Source: Patescibacteria group bacterium (GTDB lineage Bacteria; Patescibacteriota; Microgenomatia; UBA8517). From it: DNA of 64,000 bases. Made by a program: the position numbers and the translations under genes. Within the stretch, counting starts at the first letter, position 1. Each line of letters starts with the position of its first letter. The stretch spans positions 65,919-129,918 of the forward strand of contig JBBRBD010000001.1 in the NCBI GenBank assembly GCA_038206135.1, read 5' to 3'. Below the pieces are notes generated by a model, which ran no database searches, had not been told where the DNA came from, and worked only from the letters and a program-made list of their open reading frames with translations. This document shows, in pieces, positions 1 to 9,758 of the stretch.

Positions 1-2505
1 CTTTTAGTACTCAGTAAATTACTGGGCAATTTAAGCTATATATTTAGGCTTAAGCATGGAACATTTTATAATTCAACCCTACTGTGGACAAGCATTAGTA
101 ACTTTGTTATTTCGAACGTACTTGAGTTTGTTACTATTGGTTCGGTCCTGTGGATTGCTTTTAAAAATATTAAAGTGAAGACTGTTCGATACTTTGTTCT
201 TCTTTTTATAATAGCGCTATTTTTAATTAAAGGAAGTGAATTGCCCTTCGGCGAAATATTCTTGTTTCTATTCAAGCGTGTGAGTTTTCTACAGGTTTTT
301 CGGAATCCATATGAAAAATTTGGATTTCTACTCCCAATAGCAATTACACCGATATTCGTATTTTCACTCAGTAAATTAAGTAAATTTATCAGAATAGTAA
401 TCTATTTTACGGTGTTTCTTCTTTGGGGTTTTTCATTTTGGTCAGGCTTAGTTTTTACTGCTGAAAAGACAAATGAAATAGGTACTCGCTCATATACTGT
501 TACTCCACCAAATGAATATTCAGATGCAAATAACTTTTTTAAAAAACAAGGTGACTATCGCTTTATATCGTTACCTATTAAAGATGAAGGTATTACATAC
601 AATTGGGGTTATTCCGGTGTTGAGCTTTCTGGTATTTTATTTTCGAATGCAAATATATCATTTAATACTACTATTCCTTTTTACAACACTTATGTAACTA
701 AGCTAGTAAATATGCAAAACTCTGATAAATTTTTAGATTATTTACCCTATCTTGGAATTAAATACATTCTCTTAAGAACTGATATCGATTATAAAGCTTC
801 AAGTATGGCCAATCCACAAACAATTCAAGAAAGACTTAGTCAATGGGAATCAGAAGGTTTAGTAAAGTTAGTCTTTTCTGAAGGAGTACTAAAGATATAT
901 GAACTATCTGATGAATATGTGTGGCCAAAAATTTACTCTACAACCAATGTTATCCAAAGTGATTCTTTTCCTTCAGAGCTGTCAGCGAGCGTATACGATC
1001 TTACTAAACATAAGAATGTAATCATTAATACACAGGATAAAAGTATCACTACCTCAAATTTAACTTTGGTGGAACCAGTTAACACCTATATTTACAAAAC
1101 AGCTACAACACCTATAGATAAGCTTTCGAATGAAGATATACTCTCAAAACTCTTTACTGCAAAATATTTGCCAAATCAATTACAATATTATTTTGCTCGT
1201 GTGAAAGAATTTTTTACAGAAAACTCAAATCAAGATTATGAAGGAAAACTTCTCTATAAAACCGGAGTATTGGGTAAAAGGGCTGCCGAGATCTATAAGG
1301 CTTACAAAGAAAAAAAAGGACAGTGGGTTCAAAATGTATTACTTTCAGAATATAAGAAGGAATTTTATGCATTGGATGTTCTGTTTTTTGACATTTCCAA
1401 TTCGAATAGTCCTGCCGGCGAAGTAGTTCGAAATTCGCTTGCATATCAGTACACTCTCCTAAAAAGAACAAATAAAGATATCGTCGTTGATTTAGAAGAT
1501 AGTCTAATTAAATATGGAATACTAGCTGAACATACACTACCAGGTACCGAACATTATGTAATTTATATATTCAAGATAAATAAAGAAGGAAATTATAAAA
1601 TAAATAATGATACTAGCGAAGTATATATTGATGGAAATTATACAAAGACAAAAAATGGAATGTTATTTCTCACTTCTGGACGCCACGAAATTGCAGTTAA
1701 AATAATTGACGATAAAATATATAATAAACTTATAGCACTAGATAATTTATCATTAGGTAATAATGATATTTTTACAAAAACATTTACACTTCCAGATACA
1801 TCAATAGATATAGCACTTCACTTTGACTTTAAATTTGATTTTGGGGATAGGTTTCAGTTATCGATGGTGCAAGACATTGACACGAGTAAAAATCCTCTTC
1901 TAGGGACGTTAGTTTTAAAAGATAATAATTGGCACACATGGAGAAGTTGGGACACAAAGTCAAGAACCATACCAGGTGCTAAGTCTATTCAAATTAAAAT
2001 TTCTCCATATATCCAACAATGTACACAGATATTAAAGTTTTTATGCACAAATACTGATAGTGGAAAATATCAGGTAGAACTTCGTAACTTGAGTATAACG
2101 CAGAAAACACTCCCGACACTAAGTCTCAGTTTACAGTCAGGTACTCCTGTTGATGATACACAAGATATAACTATATGGAATAAAACGAGTCCTGTTAATT
2201 ATGAGGTTTCAATTAATACTCATACTCTAAATAATTACTTAGTGTTTAGCGAGCTCTATGATTCAGGTTGGAAAGCTTATTACGAGGATACTGGACAAGA
2301 ATTATCAATGCACTACTTATCTAACGGATATTCTAATACTTGGTCACTAAATAGAATAGGTGAGTATAAAGTTATAATAAAATATCTTCCAGAAACTGAC
2401 TTACAGAATGGAATTCGAATATCTTTCATCGCACTAGTATCTGTTTTGATTGTAGAATTATTTATATTAATAAGAAATAAAAAGTATGAAAATCAAATTA
2501 ACTAA
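1..2505 (+). CDS. Giant polytopic membrane protein with YfhO/GT-C-like architecture: N-terminal TM bundle, large extracytoplasmic domain, C-terminal TM anchor. It is 5'-partial: the reading frame is open from base 1, so the gene starts upstream of the window.
   Basis: Frame 1 has no stop from position 1 to the ATG at 175 and stays hydrophobic (LLVLSKLLGNLSYIF...). The motif LPFGEIFLFLF...KF.F is shared with the paralog at 3006-5696, where it sits about 330 aa into the protein, so roughly 300 aa are missing here. The C-terminus has a TM helix (ISFIALVSVLIVELFILI). Confidence 0.5.
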   Translation, partial: LLVLSKLLGNLSYIFRLKHGTFYNSTLLWTSISNFVISNVLEFVTIGSVLWIAFKNIKVKTVRYFVLLFIIALFLIKGSELPFGEIFLFLFKRVSFLQVFRNPYEKFGFLLPIAITPIFVFSLSKLSKFIRIVIYFTVFLLWGFSFWSGLVFTAEKTNEIGTRSYTVTPPNEYSDANNFFKKQGDYRFISLPIKDEGITYNWGYSGVELSGILFSNANISFNTTIPFYNTYVTKLVNMQNSDKFLDYLPYLGIKYILLRTDIDYKASSMANPQTIQERLSQWESEGLVKLVFSEGVLKIYELSDEYVWPKIYSTTNVIQSDSFPSELSASVYDLTKHKNVIINTQDKSITTSNLTLVEPVNTYIYKTATTPIDKLSNEDILSKLFTAKYLPNQLQYYFARVKEFFTENSNQDYEGKLLYKTGVLGKRAAEIYKAYKEKKGQWVQNVLLSEYKKEFYALDVLFFDISNSNSPAGEVVRNSLAYQYTLLKRTNKDIVVDLEDSLIKYGILAEHTLPGTEHYVIYIFKINKEGNYKINNDTSEVYIDGNYTKTKNGMLFLTSGRHEIAVKIIDDKIYNKLIALDNLSLGNNDIFTKTFTLPDTSIDIALHFDFKFDFGDRFQLSMVQDIDTSKNPLLGTLVLKDNNWHTWRSWDTKSRTIPGAKSIQIKISPYIQQCTQILKFLCTNTDSGKYQVELRNLSITQKTLPTLSLSLQSGTPVDDTQDITIWNKTSPVNYEVSINTHTLNNYLVFSELYDSGWKAYYEDTGQELSMHYLSNGYSNTWSLNRIGEYKVIIKYLPETDLQNGIRISFIALVSVLIVELFILIRNKKYENQIN

Positions 2506-2833
2506 AATCTTGACTATTTTTATTACAGTAATAATTTCGATTCTCGTTATCATGCAATTTTGGTTTTCTATTAAAAATGTAGACATTTCATTTGTGAGCT
2601 TTATTTATTGGTTAGTACTATTGCAAATTATACTTTTGAGTAAATATTACAAATTGTCGACAGAAACGCTTGTCAAAACAGGTTTTATTTTTTTGGGAAT
2701 ATCCACATTTCTCTTTACGATTAATATTTTTTATTTCAGTGAAACATGCATGAGATTAACTTTTATATTATGGACAATATCAATTTTCAAGTACTTATAT
2801 AAATACGATTTTACAAAATTCAAAAATCAATGA
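2486..2833 (+). CDS. Small hydrophobic membrane protein (115 aa), translationally coupled between the two giant membrane protein genes.
   Basis: ORF with 3-4 predicted TM helices. Its start overlaps the 3' end of the upstream gene by 20 nt, and its stop (TGA 2831-2833) overlaps the next ATG (2830-2832). Confidence 0.4.
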   Translation: MKIKLTKILTIFITVIISILVIMQFWFSIKNVDISFVSFIYWLVLLQIILLSKYYKLSTETLVKTGFIFLGISTFLFTINIFYFSETCMRLTFILWTISIFKYLYKYDFTKFKNQ

Positions 2834-3009
2834 AGCAACTAAAATATATTATAAATTTGAGCAAATATCTGATATACACACTTATTCTTTTTGCAACAAT
2901 AGGCTTTCTCTTCGGCAGATACGCAAAGGGTTTAAATTTTTTAAACTATATCTATTATTTAATTGTATTTACATTTATTCTTCTATTCATCAAAGAGCGA
3001 AAACGATGA
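2830..3009 (+). CDS. Micro-ORF of 59 aa encoding a small two-TM membrane peptide (MKQLKYIINLSKYLIYTLILFATIGFLFGRYAKGLNFLNYIYYLIVFTFILLFIKERKR). It is absent from the ORF track because it falls below the 60-aa cutoff.
   Basis: Its ATG at 2830 overlaps the upstream TGA (ATGA), and its own TGA at 3007-3009 overlaps the ATG of the next gene at 3006 (ATGA). It exactly fills what would otherwise be a 170-nt gap in a fully coupled operon, and its composition is hydrophobic. Confidence 0.35.
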   Translation: MKQLKYIINLSKYLIYTLILFATIGFLFGRYAKGLNFLNYIYYLIVFTFILLFIKERKR

Positions 3010-5696
3010 ATAAATTAAAGTGGTTTCTATGCATTTTACTTTTAATTGTAGTTTACGTTCCATTAATAATTTCGGGAGTTAGAGCAGCACCAGATTTTCC
3101 TCAAGCATCACAGTCAGTTGTTAGTCTTGGTTTTAATCTACCGCAAACATGGACAACACGAGTAGGAAATGGATTGGGTGAAAATGCGACGTTCGCATTG
3201 TGGTCATATCCCATCGACTTTTTATTCGGCTTAGGATCAAAAATAGGATTGAGTTTTAGCTTGCTAACACGATTAATTCTCATATTACCGTCGATCACTA
3301 TTGGATATTATTCTATTAAGAAATTGTTGAGTAATTTAGGTTTTTCTTCAAACGAGCAAATACTCGGCATTTGTATCTATTTACTTAACACTTATTTTAT
3401 TTTACTGATAGATGGCGGACAGCTATCAGTGGCTTTGGCCTATGCTATAGTACCGCTTGCATATATTTCTTTTCAAGAAGCTATTAGCGGCTCGTTAAAG
3501 CATAAATTTATAGCTGCTCTTGTGATGTCTATTCTTACATTCGTAGATTTGCGCTTTTTTTATATGCTGTGCATAATATTAGCCTTGAAATTTATTTTTG
3601 AATTTTCTCTTTTAGAGAAGAACTATCTGAAACGGTTTGCATCATGGATATTAACGGGTATCGTTGTTTCAATTTTTTGTATTACTCTGAATTTGTTTTG
3701 GATATTGCCTCTTGCTAAGGTGGGGCTGTCAGGAGCTCCAAATAATTTACTCAATTCTAATCAAGTATCTTTTTTGAATTTTACAAACCTCTATAACGCT
3801 TTAATGCTACAACAACCAAACTGGCCATTAAACGCATTTGGGCAAATTTCACCGCCAATTTGGTACTTTTCAGGTTTTCTGTTATTTGTAATAGTTGCTA
3901 TTTTTAGTAAAAAACTAAAACGTGAACATTTATTTTTTGTTTTGTTACTTATTGTAGGATGCTTTTTAGCTAAAGGTAATAATCCACCTTTCGGAATGAT
4001 TTACATTTTTTTATTTAATCACCTTCCAGGATTCATTCTTTTTAGGGATTCTAGTAAATTCTTTTTGTTTGTAGCTCTGGCGATGAGCGTGTTAATCCCA
4101 ATATCAGTTGGATCAAAAAAAATTATTTATATTGGATTTGTAATATATTTAGCTTTAACTATATCTCCAATCTGGCGAAGTAAGATGACTGGTATGTTTG
4201 CAGATCAGCCAAACCAAAACGTTTATGACGAAATCTCTCAAAACATTAAAAAAGATAATAGTTTTGGAAGAATACTGTGGCTTCCATCAAGACCGCCACT
4301 TGGTTATAGCTCGACCACACACCCGAATTTAGAAGGACTTGTATTAGCAGGAGAACACCCATTTGATACTGCGAACGTAGGTTCATATGAAAGATTCAAC
4401 TTTTTGAGAGACTCAAACTATGCAACGGATCTACTCGAAATTGCTGGAGTTTCCTATGTAGGGTATCCATACCCAGATATTAGGAAGCAGAAGATTTCAA
4501 CAGAAGAAGATCAATATTATAAAACATTTTCTGCTCAACTTTTGAAGAAAGATTGGGTACAAAGTTCTATCACGATACCAGTATTGAATATGTATAAAAC
4601 AAAAATTGCGTCAAATCTTTTTTCTACATCTGATCGGCTTTGGTGGGTAATTGGTGGTTCAAGAATCTTTGATGCGTATAAAAGTATTCCAGACGCCACA
4701 CTTATAAGTAATCCAACTATCTTTACTGAGGAGACGCCGGGAATAATGACTAGGTTCAGTGATGAAAATTTTGGGAAAATATTACTTTATAAACGAAATA
4801 CTACTGACTTGTTAGCTTCATTCTTTGTGAAAAATGATTATACCGATTTAAACAATAGTTTAAAAATTGTTTCTGGAAATTCTATTTGGAAGGTTAATAC
4901 TAATGATAGTCTCTCCTGGAGGGAATTTTTACAGAACAAATATAAATTAGATAATACCGACTTTGCTTCCCAAGCGTTTGTTTCAGAAAATAGTAGTGAA
5001 TTAAGACTAAATGTTCCCAAAAGTGACAACCAAATACTATTACTTAGACTGCTAGTTAGTAGTAAAGGTGGATTGGTAAACATATTTAACGGAGATACCT
5101 TAATCTCAAAAATAAACACTCTACAGTTAAAACCGGAAAAGGTTTTATGGGGAATTCCCGGAAGCAGGGAAGGCGTACAAGAATACGATGATGCAGAGTT
5201 CCACTGGTTTGAAATCTCACTTCCAGATGTGGAATTTGTTACTTTGAAAACAGAAGGACAACTAAATACTGTATCTGGAGCAATTATTACCGACAAAGAC
5301 AAGCTTGATACAATTAAGATAAATACTGAGTTGATGGATAAAAATGGATTCATCATAGATTGGGAAAAACTTAATTCGAATCAAAAAATGCAACTTTTTG
5401 GTCATATAACAAATACAGTTTTAACTTATGAACAGCACTCAGCCACCCATTACAATGTTAATCTCGGAAATACCTCAGGATCACGATTAGTTCTTTTTTC
5501 ACAAACTTACGACAAAAATTGGCAACTAGGGAAAAGTAATGCTCTGCCGTTGTATTCATTAACTAGTGGCTTTGTTGTTCATGATGGAGGTAATAAAAGT
5601 CTTTCTTACACATTGCAATCTACAATTTCGCTTCACATTCTGATTTTTGAAGCTATACTGTTTATAATACTTATCTTACTTTCTCTCTTTCTTTAA
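3006..5696 (+). CDS. Giant polytopic membrane protein (896 aa), a YfhO/GT-C-like putative polyprenyl-phosphate-sugar-dependent glycosyltransferase and a paralog of the gene at 1-2505.
   Basis: About ten N-terminal TM helices, a large soluble domain and a C-terminal TM (LHILIFEAILFIILILLSLFL). It shares the PFGMIYIFLFNHLPGFILFRDSSKFFLF motif with the PFGEIFLFLFKRVSFLQVFRNPYEKFGF segment of gene 1. Confidence 0.5.
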   Translation: MNKLKWFLCILLLIVVYVPLIISGVRAAPDFPQASQSVVSLGFNLPQTWTTRVGNGLGENATFALWSYPIDFLFGLGSKIGLSFSLLTRLILILPSITIGYYSIKKLLSNLGFSSNEQILGICIYLLNTYFILLIDGGQLSVALAYAIVPLAYISFQEAISGSLKHKFIAALVMSILTFVDLRFFYMLCIILALKFIFEFSLLEKNYLKRFASWILTGIVVSIFCITLNLFWILPLAKVGLSGAPNNLLNSNQVSFLNFTNLYNALMLQQPNWPLNAFGQISPPIWYFSGFLLFVIVAIFSKKLKREHLFFVLLLIVGCFLAKGNNPPFGMIYIFLFNHLPGFILFRDSSKFFLFVALAMSVLIPISVGSKKIIYIGFVIYLALTISPIWRSKMTGMFADQPNQNVYDEISQNIKKDNSFGRILWLPSRPPLGYSSTTHPNLEGLVLAGEHPFDTANVGSYERFNFLRDSNYATDLLEIAGVSYVGYPYPDIRKQKISTEEDQYYKTFSAQLLKKDWVQSSITIPVLNMYKTKIASNLFSTSDRLWWVIGGSRIFDAYKSIPDATLISNPTIFTEETPGIMTRFSDENFGKILLYKRNTTDLLASFFVKNDYTDLNNSLKIVSGNSIWKVNTNDSLSWREFLQNKYKLDNTDFASQAFVSENSSELRLNVPKSDNQILLLRLLVSSKGGLVNIFNGDTLISKINTLQLKPEKVLWGIPGSREGVQEYDDAEFHWFEISLPDVEFVTLKTEGQLNTVSGAIITDKDKLDTIKINTELMDKNGFIIDWEKLNSNQKMQLFGHITNTVLTYEQHSATHYNVNLGNTSGSRLVLFSQTYDKNWQLGKSNALPLYSLTSGFVVHDGGNKSLSYTLQSTISLHILIFEAILFIILILLSLFL

Positions 5697-5761
5697 CAAA
5701 TGAGTAGCTTTATAAAAATTGGCAAGAATACACTGATGTTCGTCGAAATCAAACTTCTAAA

Positions 5762-6562
5762 ATGAGTATCTCTGCCCAAGTTTTAGTCGAAAATGAGGAG
5801 AATTTTGTTTGGTTTTCTGTGATGAGTGTAATAGATTTTGTTGATGAAGTGATTCTTTATGATGCGGGTTCTGTTGATATGACATCAACGATATTAACTG
5901 AAATAAAAAAAAGATACCCACAAAAAGTAATTTATAAAACTGTAGGAAAATTGTCACCCCAAGAATATCCAAAAATGAGGAATGAAATGTTAAAAAGCAC
6001 CAAATGTGATTGGATCTTAATTGTTGATGGTGATGAAGTATGGTGGCAGTCCTCTATTTCTGAGCTGAGTGTAGCGATAAGAAACAATGGTGATCAGCTT
6101 GATAGTATAGTAACCCCTTTTTCTGTTTGTATTGGTGATTTATATCACCTACAAAATGAGAAAGCTGGGAAATATCAGATTGACAATATAAAAGGAAATT
6201 TGACGATACATGCGATAAATAGACATCTATCCAATTTGCATGTAGAGCGTGAGTATGGGAATGAAGGATATTTTGTTGGTAACACATTGGTCCAAAATTT
6301 ACCTCCAAAAAAAAGACTTCATTTTGCTAAATCATCTTTTTTACATTTAACCCATTTAGAAAGAACAAAAGCACATTCGCTGAAAGTTAAAAGGGATATT
6401 GGACACTTAGTGAATTCAGATTTTTACTATCCTGAGGTTTTTTTTAAAGAAACGCCGAGCTTTGTTCCGAATCCCTGGCGCGTACCATCATTGAAAAATA
6501 AGGCTTTGAACGTTATGCTAGGAAAGTCACGTGAGATAAAGCGAACAATTAACCGTAACTGA
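5762..6562 (+). CDS. GT2-like glycosyltransferase (WaaE/KdtX-like GT-A fold). It is one of three paralogs in the window.
   Basis: The N-terminal pattern VENEEN...SVIDFVDEVILYDAGSVDMT and the DGDE (DXD) motif parallel ILTKNEE...IVIVDSGSTDKT ... DSDEE in 9012-9758 and IILTKNEQ...IIIIDDNSTDKT ... DADEE in 56859-57629. Confidence 0.45.
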   Translation: MSISAQVLVENEENFVWFSVMSVIDFVDEVILYDAGSVDMTSTILTEIKKRYPQKVIYKTVGKLSPQEYPKMRNEMLKSTKCDWILIVDGDEVWWQSSISELSVAIRNNGDQLDSIVTPFSVCIGDLYHLQNEKAGKYQIDNIKGNLTIHAINRHLSNLHVEREYGNEGYFVGNTLVQNLPPKKRLHFAKSSFLHLTHLERTKAHSLKVKRDIGHLVNSDFYYPEVFFKETPSFVPNPWRVPSLKNKALNVMLGKSREIKRTINRN

Positions 6563-6568
6563 CAAACA

Positions 6569-7261
6569 ATGATGGATAAAGTAGGAGCTGAAACATTGAA
6601 AAGGATGGATACCGCTCGTTTTTATAACGACGTAATTTTTCATCGAGCGGAAAAACTGCTTAAAGGTGACATTTTGGAGGTTGGCTGTGGTATTGGTTCA
6701 TTTACTAAGAAACTTGCAACGAAAGGGAATGTAACTTCGATAGATATTGAACGTCTTTACATTAATAAAACGAAGAAAGCATTAAGAGACAATGCTAGTG
6801 TTGGATATGGTGACATTGAAAAAGGTGTTTATTTTTTTGATAATAATAAAAAATTCGATTCAATTGTATGTTTGAATGTTTTAGAACACATTAAAAATGA
6901 TGATAAGGCATTATTAAACATGTATTCACTCCTTAAAAAAGGTGGTAATATATTTCTTCTCACGCCAGCCCACCCATTTTTTTATGGATCACTAGATAAA
7001 AATTTGGGACATGAACGAAGATACAAAATTCAACATCTAGTAAAGCTTTTTGTAAAGTCACACTTTAAAATTCAGAGATCGTATTACTTTAATCTATTAG
7101 GAGGATTAGGGTGGTTTATTAATTCACGTATTTTTAAAAGACAAATTATTCCTTCAAACCAATTATGGGCTTTTGTCCTATTTTCCCGTATACCACTTTT
7201 CCTTGAGAACTTTTTTGTACCGCCTTTTGGACTCTCCTGTATTGTAATTGCTTCTAAATGA
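6569..7261 (+). CDS. Class I SAM-dependent methyltransferase
   Basis: Motif I LEVGCGIGSFTKKLA; a post-I acidic residue and motif II-like VCLNVLEHI; overall Methyltransf_11/12-like layout. Confidence 0.7.
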   Translation: MMDKVGAETLKRMDTARFYNDVIFHRAEKLLKGDILEVGCGIGSFTKKLATKGNVTSIDIERLYINKTKKALRDNASVGYGDIEKGVYFFDNNKKFDSIVCLNVLEHIKNDDKALLNMYSLLKKGGNIFLLTPAHPFFYGSLDKNLGHERRYKIQHLVKLFVKSHFKIQRSYYFNLLGGLGWFINSRIFKRQIIPSNQLWAFVLFSRIPLFLENFFVPPFGLSCIVIASK

Positions 7262-7971
7262 TACTATCTATCCTAATTCCTGTTTTTAATGAAGAAAAAA
7301 CAATCCTCGAATTGGTCCGACAAGTCCAACAGGTTAAACTCCCTAAAAAGTACTCTAAAGAGATTGTAATTGTAGATGATGGCTCTACAGATTTAACATG
7401 GTCAAAGTTGTCTTTTTTTAAGAGTAATAAAAAAATAAGAGTATATCGTCATGAAAAAAATAGAGGAAAAGGTGCTGCAATTCGTACTGCTTTAAAACAT
7501 TCAGTAGGAGAAATAATTTTAGTACAAGATGCGGATCTTGAGTACGACCCACAACAATACATAAAACTGTTAAAACCTATGGATAATAAAAAGGTATTAG
7601 TTGTGTATGGAACTCGACTAAAGTCATATCCGGTAAGTTTATTCGGTCCAAAACGAACGCCCTTGGTTACCCATTATTTTGGGAATAAACTTCTGACTAG
7701 TATTACAAACCTACTATATGGAGTTCATTTAACTGATATGGAAACATGTTACAAGCTAATACGAAAATCTGTGTTTGATAAAATTTCGATTGAATCAAAT
7801 CGATTTGAATTTGAGCCAGAAATCACAGCAAAAATTTTAAAAAGAGGAATTAAAATATATGAAATACCAATTCATGTCAATCCTAGAGGTTATAACGAAG
7901 GTAAAAAAATTAGTTGGATTGATGGGATCGCAGCTCTTAAAACACTTTTACGTTATCGCTTCTTCAGTTAA
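7258..7971 (+). CDS. GT2 polyprenyl-phosphate glycosyltransferase (Dpm1/CsbB/GtrB-like)
   Basis: ILIPVFNEE, VIVDDGSTD, the DXD motif in VQDADLEYDP, and no TM segments, as in soluble Dpm1-type enzymes. Its ATG overlaps the upstream TGA. Confidence 0.7.
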   Translation: MILSILIPVFNEEKTILELVRQVQQVKLPKKYSKEIVIVDDGSTDLTWSKLSFFKSNKKIRVYRHEKNRGKGAAIRTALKHSVGEIILVQDADLEYDPQQYIKLLKPMDNKKVLVVYGTRLKSYPVSLFGPKRTPLVTHYFGNKLLTSITNLLYGVHLTDMETCYKLIRKSVFDKISIESNRFEFEPEITAKILKRGIKIYEIPIHVNPRGYNEGKKISWIDGIAALKTLLRYRFFS

Positions 7972-7992
7972 TTTCTTTGATATAATCCAATA

Positions 7993-9015
7993 ATGAAGGT
8001 TCTTATTCTTTCTTATTATTCTGGGTATGTGGAACGAGGTGTTGAAGTTTGGGCTGAATCTTTGAAGCGATCGTTAAAGGATGAGTGTAATATTATAATT
8101 CTTGGATCGAAAAAAAATCCAAATAATGACACTGGTACAAGGAATAGTCTACTTAGCACCTTTTTTTTAGATTCAGTAAGCTTGTCAATTGCAGCATTCA
8201 CTTTTTTGAATTTATATAAAGTTATAACGGGGAATTTTGATATTGTAATACCTACAAATGGCGGCTGGCAGACATTTATTATTCGAGTTGTAACCTTTCT
8301 AACTGCAAAGAAAATGGTAATTGTTGGTCATTCTGGTATCGGTCGTGATGACAAATGGAATTGCTATTGTTTTCCAGACTGTTTTGTCAGCCTATCTACA
8401 GAAGCTAAAAATTGGGCACATAAAGTAAATCCGCTTATCAATACCCAGTACATCCCAAATGGCGTTCACATAGATGAATTTAGCCCAGTAGGTAAGAAAG
8501 AAAACATTACACTTCAAAAGCCGATATATCTCTTTGTAGGCGCATTAGAAAGAAGTAAGAGACCTGCATTGGCAATCGAAGCAGTTTCTCGTTTAGAGCG
8601 AGGTTCCCTTCTAATCCTCGGTGAGGGCAAGTTAAATACTGATATTCTTGAACTTGGAAGCACACTACTAGGATCACGTTTCCTTATGACAAAAGTTAGA
8701 CATGAGGACATTGCAGCATTTTATAGAGCTGCTGATGTTTTTACACTTCCAACATGGGAACATGAAGCCTTTGGCATCGTATATCTTGAAGCTCTTGCAT
8801 CGGGACTTCCTGTTGTAACAACTGACGATAGTATTAAAAGAGAAATTATTGGAGACGCAGGAATATTTGTTAACCCAACGGACCTTCAAAGTTATTCTAA
8901 TGCCTTAAAACTTGCCTCAATATCAAAATGGGGAGTTAAACCAATTAACCAGGCAAAGAAATTTTCTTGGGATCTTGTGGGGAAAAAGTATTTACAACTA
9001 TTTAAATCTTTATGA
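7993..9015 (+). CDS. GT4 (GT-B fold) glycosyltransferase
   Basis: C-terminal EAFGIVYLEALASGLPVVTTD (E-X7-E type motif). Confidence 0.65.
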   Translation: MKVLILSYYSGYVERGVEVWAESLKRSLKDECNIIILGSKKNPNNDTGTRNSLLSTFFLDSVSLSIAAFTFLNLYKVITGNFDIVIPTNGGWQTFIIRVVTFLTAKKMVIVGHSGIGRDDKWNCYCFPDCFVSLSTEAKNWAHKVNPLINTQYIPNGVHIDEFSPVGKKENITLQKPIYLFVGALERSKRPALAIEAVSRLERGSLLILGEGKLNTDILELGSTLLGSRFLMTKVRHEDIAAFYRAADVFTLPTWEHEAFGIVYLEALASGLPVVTTDDSIKREIIGDAGIFVNPTDLQSYSNALKLASISKWGVKPINQAKKFSWDLVGKKYLQLFKSL

Positions 9016-9758
9016 ATAATTTGTCTGTAATTATTCTTACAAAAAACGAAGAAGAAACAATTGGCAGAGCAATAACTTCAGTTAGTAATATTTCAAATGA
9101 TATCGTTATCGTGGATTCAGGTAGTACAGACAAAACATTAAAAATTGCAGAACTACTTGGCGCAAAATTTTTGAACAGGAGGTTAGATGGTTTTGCATCG
9201 CAACGAAACTTCGCAAACAAAAATACTAAAAACAATTGGGTTCTTTCGATGGATTCAGATGAAGAAATTCCTATTGAACTTGCAATGGAAATTAGCGAGA
9301 CTATTAAGAATCCATCTGCTTCGGCTTTTCTCATTCCACGTAGAAATATTATCTTTGGTAAAGAAATTAAACATACTCGTTGGAGTCCAGATATGCATAT
9401 TTGGCTGTACAATAAAAATGAAGGAACGTGGAGTGGTGATGTTCATGAAGAGTGGATATGTACATCTCCTATTGGAGTACTTAACAATGCGAAGATTCAT
9501 CATTCTTATAAAACAGTCACTGGTTTTGTGGACATGATAAATAGATATACTGAAATTGAATCTGAGCGACTATTTTCAAATGGAGAGCATTTTAGTTTAT
9601 TTAGAATGTTCTATTTTTCAATTCGATCCTTTGTTGGAAGATTTATTTTCAAGTTGGGCTTTTTAGATGGTTATTATGGATTTGTACTATCAGTGCTTAT
9701 GTCATTTTATCGATTAGTAACATGGATTAAACTTTGGGAAAGAGAACAAAATGATTGA
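9012..9758 (+). CDS. GT2 glycosyltransferase (WaaE/KdtX-like)
   Basis: LSVIILTKNEEETIGRAI, IVIVDSGSTDKT, FASQRNF and a DSDEE DXD motif. Confidence 0.65.
   Translation: MNNLSVIILTKNEEETIGRAITSVSNISNDIVIVDSGSTDKTLKIAELLGAKFLNRRLDGFASQRNFANKNTKNNWVLSMDSDEEIPIELAMEISETIKNPSASAFLIPRRNIIFGKEIKHTRWSPDMHIWLYNKNEGTWSGDVHEEWICTSPIGVLNNAKIHHSYKTVTGFVDMINRYTEIESERLFSNGEHFSLFRMFYFSIRSFVGRFIFKLGFLDGYYGFVLSVLMSFYRLVTWIKLWEREQND

Noticed and set aside
66-275. Minus-strand 69-aa ORF at the window start
   Set aside because: It lies entirely within the open plus-strand frame that extends gene 1 to the window edge. It has low complexity and no RBS, and is judged spurious.
9187-9537. Nested plus- and minus-strand ORFs (9187-9537, 9255-9503) inside the GT2 gene, and similar antisense or alternative-frame ORFs throughout the track
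   Set aside because: They overlap well-supported genes whose products carry recognisable motifs. They arise from AT-rich sequence, where long spurious ORFs are common.
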